From: Eledone cirrhosa | Taxonomy: Eukaryota | Direction of reading: 5' to 3' | NCBI GenBank assembly: GCA_964016885.1 | Contig: OZ024750.1 | Location: 33,356,001-33,420,000, forward strand | DNA length: 64,000 bases | Shown here: positions 56,427 to 64,000 of the stretch, piece by piece | Position numbering within the stretch: position 1 is the first letter of the stretch | Layout of the letters: every line of letters begins with the position of its first letter | Notes under the pieces: model-generated | Databases searched by the model: none | What the model saw: only the letters and a program-made list of their open reading frames with translations | Told to the model about the DNA's origin: nothing | Translations under genes and position numbers: made by a program

Positions 56427-56771
56427 TGGGCGGTAGAGCATCATACACCATGCTTTTCAGTATAGAGTTATGGCCATTTATGATCTGAGTTAAAATCCCG
56501 CCAAGGTTAACTTTGCCTTTCATCCTTACGGGGTCGATAAAATAAAGTACCAGTAATACACTGTGATATTTGCTGGCCTTGTGCCAAAAGTAGAAACAAT
56601 TATTATTATATACTCGCTTCTTAAATCCCGCCGAGGTTAACTTTGCCTTTCATCCTTATGGGGTCGATAAAATAAAGCACCAGTAACGTACTGGGGTCGA
56701 TATAATCGACTTTTCCTTCCCCAAAATTGCTGGCCTTGTGCCTATACTAGAAATCATTATATACTCGCTTC
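56427..56771 (+). mobile_element. Family A SINE plus a second, 5'-truncated copy inserted at its tail
   Basis: 16-bp TSD attatatactcgcttc at 56605-56620 and 56756-56771. Confidence 0.9.
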
Positions 56772-57544
56772 AATTCGACAATTCTACAGTTTACTGTGCT
56801 TCATTGTGTCTAAAAAGAAATGTATACAACACTGATCGGTGTTCAGTTACTTACACACATAGTGAAATAGACAAGGCACAACAGGGAGTAAGCTGAGGAA
56901 TATCCATTAATTAATCTACCTGAAATCCACCACATAGCAAATGCCAAAATCGACTAAAAAAATATGTTTATCGAACTAGTATAGTTAGTGGAATTCAAAT
57001 AAACCCATATCATTTTCTCGAAAGCAAATAAATTCAAGAGTTGGAAGGAGTGACAGTAGATAACGCTCAGTTAGATTTTGTGTAGCAGAATTGTAAATCA
57101 GCAGGGTAAAGAATTAAGTAGAATATTATATGGAATTCTGTTCTTCTACATTTTTATCTATGCAGGTCGATAAATTGATAAGTTATGCACTGAAGTCGAT
57201 TTAATACGTAATACAATTCCTTCAGAAAAACTTGGCTTTCTTCCAACAAAAGAAATCAATATTTTAAAACAAAACTGAATATTTACATATATGTGAATGG
57301 TTCCCTAAAATAGTATGTTTAAAATAACGTCATTTTAAAGTTGGAGAATATTGATCGATTTTTGTCTAGACACAAGTGACTGAAAGGGGTGATTGTGATT
57401 GTTACCAAGGAGGTTAGCATGTAATTGAATGGTTGCACTGTGGCAAACCTTGTGATATACGGCAGTTACCACATTTGCTATATAATACATAGAGCTACAT
57501 TAAATAACATATTCCTTAGAGTATATGTTATTTATTTATCTATT

Positions 57545-57665
57545 GAAGGTGCGTGGCTTAGTGGTTAGAGAGTTGGACTCGCAATGGTGAGGTTTTGAGT
57601 TCAATCCTGGGACCGGCTGATGCATTGTGTCCTTCAGCAAGACACTTTATTTCACGTTGCTCCAT
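57545..57665 (+). mobile_element. Family B SINE, 5' half
   Basis: gaaggtgcgtggcttagtggttagag..gagttcaatcc..gtgtccttcagcaagacactttatttcacgttgctcca. Confidence 0.85.
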
Positions 57666-58213
57666 CTGCCAGGAGTTGCGACCGGTAGATACTATCAGCA
57701 ATGGAAAGACCAATGGAAACATTTGTTTCCTTGACTCGATTTGACGATGTCCGCCCTCGATGTGACGAGGTCCACCTAAGTGAATGAGGTATGGGATCTT
57801 GTCGATCGATCACAGCGATTTATTTATTTCTTATTCGGATTTCAGATTAGTTTAAAATCAAAATATTTCCATTTAATAAAATATTGAAGAAAATGTCCAA
57901 AGATAACTTTATCTTTACAGCTTATTGTCAAAAATATAAAAGGATTTTGTGAATTCTTCCTTATGTCATTCTTAAAAGCAAATTACTGAAAGCATGAGTA
58001 GCTAAATAGATAATGAATATGACAGAATACGACAGTTAGCCTGCCTGGAAGTGGGTAGTTTGTATTATAACTGTCGATGACGAGAAATTAAAGCTGTAAA
58101 CACTGTTGACAAATTTAAGTTTACACATATTATATTAACTTACAGAATGCCATGGAAATGAAGTATGGGTCATAATCAGACAGAACTGCAGTTCCTTATT
58201 TGTAAATATCCCC

Positions 58214-58297
58214 GTGTCCGATGACGGGCCAGTTTAAAAGAGACTCCTCCAATATACAGTGATGGCCATAACTGAACCCCGAAACCAATGGTCGCAC
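58214..58297 (+). ncRNA. Candidate hammerhead (core CCGATGA)
   Basis: gtgt-CCGATGA-cgggccagtt...aactgaacccc-GAAACC-AAT-GGTC-gcac; (GT)n about 35 nt downstream. Confidence 0.5.
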
Positions 58298-58326
58298 ATA
58301 AATTTGAAGCGTAAGAAATATTGTTT

Positions 58327-58439
<113 letters not shown>

Positions 58440-59439
58440 CCGCGCACGCAAACAGAAATAAGAAAGCAAACGACACAGTACAATGGAAAGAAAATATATT
58501 ATTTGTTTTACGCTTGATATAGTATGAAAAAAGCTTTAACGTTTCAGACGCTAGTCCTGCATCAGAATATAGAATGATTAACTAAAGAATAGAGAGATAA
58601 AAAGAAGTCATATTGTCGCGAAGCAACTTGTAATATAATCGTTGCAACAAATAATATGTTTTATTTCATTCCTCTCTTAGACTTTCTACATTAAATAAAT
58701 AATTATTATGCCCCTACACAGTATATGCTGCCAGATATTATTAAATCATGCAGAAAATTGCTTTAGATTATAACCCACGTTGATGGAAGAATCGATTTTA
58801 AAAGTTAGACTTGGTTATTGTTTACTCTCTATATATGCCTGTGCTTTCTGAATTACGATTAAATTTTATAGAGTTTATAATGTAGCTCTTAGATGAGAGA
58901 ATTTAGGACATTAGTGATAGGTAAATAATCTCATCATAAAAAGCATTCACAGCGTTTCAAAATACTATTGTAGGATATATAGGAACTTCAAAAAAGGTCA
59001 CTGAAAATAAAGTATATAATCAAAAGCTTCTTTTGTGTGTGTTTCTTCATAGAAAATCTTTGTGTACGTGTGACATGGGATTTGTTTTATTCTCATTGAT
59101 ATATTTGCTTTGTCGAATATTTGAACATTCTGTTGACTCTGAAACTGAATGAAAACTGAAAGGAATATTAGGAATTTGTTTCTGTGTAGTGGAATGTATG
59201 AAGTTGCAACTGTTGATTGAGAGAAAGCATGATCGATAAAAAGGTGAAAAAGTCAGATACATTGTATAAATAAATACATTCCCTAAAGCGTGATATCACG
59301 TAGGAACGCAAATATATAATTGACCTGAATTTTCGAAACAGATTAATTATATCTTAGGTTAAAGTTCAAAGATTTGACTTTTCGTTTTCAGAGAGATTGT
59401 ATCAATTATATTTGGAATAATTTAAATTACAAGCTATTG

Positions 59440-60665
59440 ATTCAGCTATGAGCGTTAGATCATCTGCGTATAGAAGTTCCCATGGGCAGCTGGTCTTGAA
59501 CTCCTCTGTTATAGCCTAAAGGGCAATAATAAATAGGAAGGGGCTAAGGACATAGCCCTGATGAACACCAACTTTTACGCTAAACTCTTCACTATATTCG
59601 TTGTTAATTCTAACCTTCTGACTGTTTCTTTATACATGGCTTGTATAGCTCTCACGAGCCATTCATCAACACCTAGTTTTCTAAGAGCCCACCAGATAAT
59701 GGAGCGGGGGTCTTTGTCAAAGGCTTTCTCCAAGTTAACAAAAGCTAAGTATAGGGGTTTACTTTTAGCTAGGTACTTCTCCTGTAGTTGTCGTACAATG
59801 AAAAGAGCGTCTGTGGTACTTTTACCTGACACAAACCCAAACTGCATTTCATCTAGATCAATTCGCTCTCTGATTAGTTGCGCTATTACTTTTTCTGTGA
59901 CCTTCATGACCTGGTCGATTAATTTAATGCCTCTATAGTTACCCCTATCTAGGGCATCTCCTTTACCCTTGTAGCAGTTAATGATGATGCTGCTACGCCA
60001 GTCCTTCGGAACGACCCCATTCTGTATGACTTGGTTTACTATCCGGGTGACCATAGTGTGTCCGACCGTTCCAGATGCTTTCAGCATTTCAGCAACTATT
60101 TCCGAAGGCCCAGCTGCCTTACCCGTCTTCATATCTTTGATTGTCTTACTTATTATACTACCTTCAACTTGCACCGCTGGTCCCTCTATTGGATCGATGT
60201 GGGTCTTTCTCCCATTTATTCTCCTCATTTAGTAGCCTTTCGTAGTGACACTTCCAAGCTACCTTCTTATCAGCGTCAGTGATGGCAAGTACACCATCAT
60301 CATTCAAGACACACTTCTCCCCGACAATATAACGGTTTTCCTTGACACACTCCCTAGCAATCCTGAACACCTCACGTTTTTGGTCCTCACATTGTAGAAC
60401 ATGCTTGAACTTTCTTTCCTCTGCTTCCCTTCTTGCGAAGTACACTTGTCTCCTAGCTTCCCTCCTGGCCACTTGATAATCTTCTCTACTTCCCCCATCC
60501 CACCATACTTTCCAAGCCTGCTTTTTGGCCTTAATTGACTCCTCCACCTTACTGTTCCACCACCACGTTACTCTCCTCCTGCCTATAGGCCTGCTCCAGC
60601 CACAGACTTCATCTGCCACCTTCAGCAGGTTAGCTTTCAGGAATTCCCACTGTTCCTCTATATCG
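59440..60665 (-). mobile_element. RTE (BovB-like) LINE ORF2 fragment, frameshifted
   Basis: TWWWNSKV..MKTGKAAGPS..KGKGDALDRGNYRGIKL..MQFGFVSGKSTTDALF..YLAFVNLEKAFD..VGVHQG..LSP..PWELLYADDL. Confidence 0.95.
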
Positions 60666-61877
60666 CTAATTTATTTATGATCAAGACCCAAATTAATATG
60701 ACAACTATTAAAATATCTCTTTTCAACTCATTTTAAAATCATCAAACCTCCCGACTTCGTTATACTTATTCCATACATTGCTCAATTTGTAACATAGAGC
60801 TCCTTTTAGAGAGAAAAAGTATTCTACTGACTACATCCCAAAGAACAAAGAAAATTATTCGGTTTAAGTTGCGGGAGCTATTAATCTAGGATATATCAAT
60901 AAATCAGATGCTTGATAAAAATCGCATTTAGGCTAGAAGTATGCAGCAAAAATATATCATACATTTGACAAACGAAATTTGTTCAATATGAAATATTTCT
61001 TCCTGTTGCACTAGAGGAAGTAATAAAACTGTAATTCTTTACACATTCATTTATTTATGAGCTTAAACCTGTTACAGTTACGGTCAGACTGTAAACAGTT
61101 TGAACAGGATTAGATTTCAGTAAAAAGAAAATTGTCATTATATTAATACAATTAAGACAAAAGTGTATGATTATAAAAATGAAGCATTGTGTTTATGAAG
61201 CATTCAACATTGAAACCAACTTATTTCTGCTTCTCTTCCCTCGAATAATGATATACACTTCATTAGAATTATAGTAATTCAGTTGCATAGTAGATGTTGG
61301 CTGGCCAAAAGCTTATATTCATTGCTTAGATATAAAATGCATAAAAAAAATCTAGTTTTATTTTACTGCCAAGAAACTGATTTAAATCAGGAAAAACTCT
61401 ACTTCTCTTGTTTTATTTATCCTGCATCTAGACTAGCAGATCTATCAATCACCGGATTAAATTATTTGAACTGTGTAATATTACTTTCGTATGTGGTGAG
61501 AACTGTAGAGCAAAAGGTAATCTTTCAACTATTTCAATCACATAGTTTCCCTCCCATTTGGAAGATATTTCATTTCATATATCCCAAACGACATTGAAAA
61601 AAATATTATTGACGTGATATTTTTTTCCCTTCCATAGAAATAAAACACATCTTGCTTTCTAATAAAATAAAAAATATGCCAATATTAATATGCTCCACAG
61701 TGGTGATGTTTTGTATGGAAGGCTTATAGGAAACCAAATTGACTACGGTATACACGATGGAAATAATTTATATTTTTGTCGTAAAAGAAATGAGAATATT
61801 CTAAAATGGGATTTTGTGACGATAAAAGATTTCTCAAACCCAAAATAATAAATCCTTTCTATATCATCACACGTGTC

Positions 61878-62145
61878 GAGGCACATGGCCTAATGGTAAC
61901 AATCATAGTATCGATTCCTGGGCTGGGTTGTGTGTTGTGTTCTTAAGCAAAACACATCATTTTACGTTGCTCCAGCCTACTCAGCTGAGAATGAGTACCA
62001 GCAATAGCTGAGGGTTTAACTCTGCGATGGAGTGGCGTCCAGTCGGGGCTGGGGTTGAGTCTTGTCCTGTCAGTCGCTTCACGCCACGGAAACCATGATA
62101 AGCACCGGCCTGTGAGCCTCCTGGCTCGGGACAGCCTTTAAATTT
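61878..62145 (+). mobile_element. Family B-related SINE
   Basis: gaggcacatggcctaatggta..tcgattcc..gtgttcttaagcaaaacac..cgttgctccag. Confidence 0.7.
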
Positions 62146-62439
62146 TATTACCCGTCTTTCTCGAGAGCAATCATTTTAAAAGTAAGGAAAAGGGTGTGGG
62201 CAAAAGGTTCTAAAGATCATCGTTAGTAAATTAACGTAAAACTGCTCTACCTTACAAGAAGCTTAAATCAACCTACCACTGAGAATATACAGAACAGACA
62301 CACGGATATCAACCCTGCTTCATTCTGTTGGATTTAAACAAAGTGACTTAGTTTGCTATGTGTTGTTCTTGCAAATTCTAAAATTTTAAGGTTGTTTGAT
62401 AGACATCCGTTATTATATAACACATTAAACTTTTAATAA

Positions 62440-63142
62440 TTCTTTCTAACTTTGATACAAGACCAGTCCATTATATCGACCCAAATACCTACCGGGATTT
62501 TATTTCATTGACACCCCTGAATGATGAAAGGCAATGTTGACCTCGACGTAGAAAGTCATTTTATCGGACGCTATGCCGACACTTCCCAATTCACTGCCCT
62601 CGTGATAATTGTTTCTACTTTAGGCACAAGCAAGGCCAGCAATTACCCAGTGCATTACTGGTACTTTATTTGATTGACCTCGTAAGGATGAAAGGCTAAG
62701 TCAACCTCGGTGGGATTTGAACTCAGATCGTAAAGGGATCATGATAATGTCAACAAATCAGAACCTATAACTAAAGAACAAATATTTGGCACAAGATTAA
62801 AATATTTTATTAAATCTACGAACGTTTATAAAACACATGTTTTATAAACTTTGCTCCTTTCTCCTGATATTTACGTCCAGAGTTCTACTCGTATGTATTT
62901 ATGTATATATAAAAGGATATAAAGGATGAAGATCCTATAATCCCTTGTGGAGTGGTAGAGGCACCGTCTACGGCGTGTCTAGGACACTTTTTAAACCTGG
63001 CGGAGCCCAACCCTCTCCAGGTATGAAGACAGCCGATTTTTTTCTATGGAGGAAGAATTGAACCCAGTAATGGACTGGTACTTTATTTATCGACCTCGAA
63101 AGGATGAAAGGCAAAACTGACCGCGGTGAGATTAGAACTCAG
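62440..63142 (-). mobile_element. Three family A SINE remnants (62440-62600, 62606-62737, 63060-63142)
   Basis: Each contains gatgaaaggc.a....gacc.cg and related flanks. Confidence 0.75.
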
Positions 63143-63541
63143 AGAGCCCGCCGTTATCTGACCGAAAATAAACCAATGAACAAATATGGATGAATATCAC
63201 TATGATAGAATGTGTGCTAACTTATAAAAAGGATTTCGAACATTATTCATACACTGTCAGACGCGAGCCTGCATATTAAAACATACCTGAGGCGCTTCCG
63301 ATTCCAGAGTCAGGTTCGATCATTAATAGATCGTTCCTCGAGCTGATAGACAGTGAAACATGGGTAATATGTAAAAAAATAGGTATATGATGTAACACTG
63401 AATCTTTGTTCCTTTATATATTAATACTATTGATACTCTGCTCCCCAAGAGCATCGAGTGTTCACACGGCATACCACATACGGACGCAATTAACTTGCAC
63501 CTTAACACCTATATATATATATATATATATATATACATGCA

Positions 63542-63647
<106 letters not shown>

Positions 63648-64000
63648 CACGCACACACATATATATATGATGACATACATACATGTTTTTGCTATTTTAT
63701 AAGATATTTTAATTCATCTAGAAACACTTGTGGAATCTCCCATCCCCTTTTATTTGATTATTTTGTAATTGTCAATTCCTAATACATGTATTGATTATTG
63801 AATATTTTGCTGCAGAGTTTTGACCACAAATATCTCTGTAATAAAAGAAACTCATCCTCTATTCTGTTTATATTTAAAATTTACATTCCTCTATCAAACA
63901 TGTTGTCGTATGTTTGTCCGTCATCATATTGTCGTTAAATGTCAAAACCAGATTAACAGACAGCAGTATCTAGTTTTAGCTCACCTTATAAAATAATGTG

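Noticed and set aside
59555-59575. CTGATGA as a hammerhead core
   Set aside because: It is the antisense of the LINE RT motif GVHQG; no stem II-GAAA follows.

Overview
AT-rich, microsatellite-saturated animal DNA, intergenic or deep intronic. The SINE families look like those of octopod cephalopods (inference). I recognise no host protein-coding gene; almost all listed ORFs are translations of (TA)n, (CA)n, (GAA)n or (CT)n tracts. Supported content: three decayed Penelope-like elements (PLEs; RT/GIY-YIG), RTE-type LINE RT fragments and five LINE 3' tails, most ending in (GAA)n, one Helitron fragment, about 25 tRNA-derived SINE copies of two families, two Tc1/mariner-like MITE families and a 28 x 59 bp minisatellite. 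The unexpected signal is an RNA layer. By hand-folding I find about 25 type I hammerhead ribozyme (HHR) motifs from about a dozen unrelated families. They lie in PLE 3' ends and in short non-coding elements embedded in (TA)n/(CA)n tracts, often as inverted pairs. Highlights: a tandem two-ribozyme unit that would release a 478-nt RNA (retrozyme/circRNA-like), a multi-copy family with a fixed variant core (CAGAAGA) and an extended bulged stem I, and recurrent non-canonical stem II junctions. All folds are manual and none is tested for activity.
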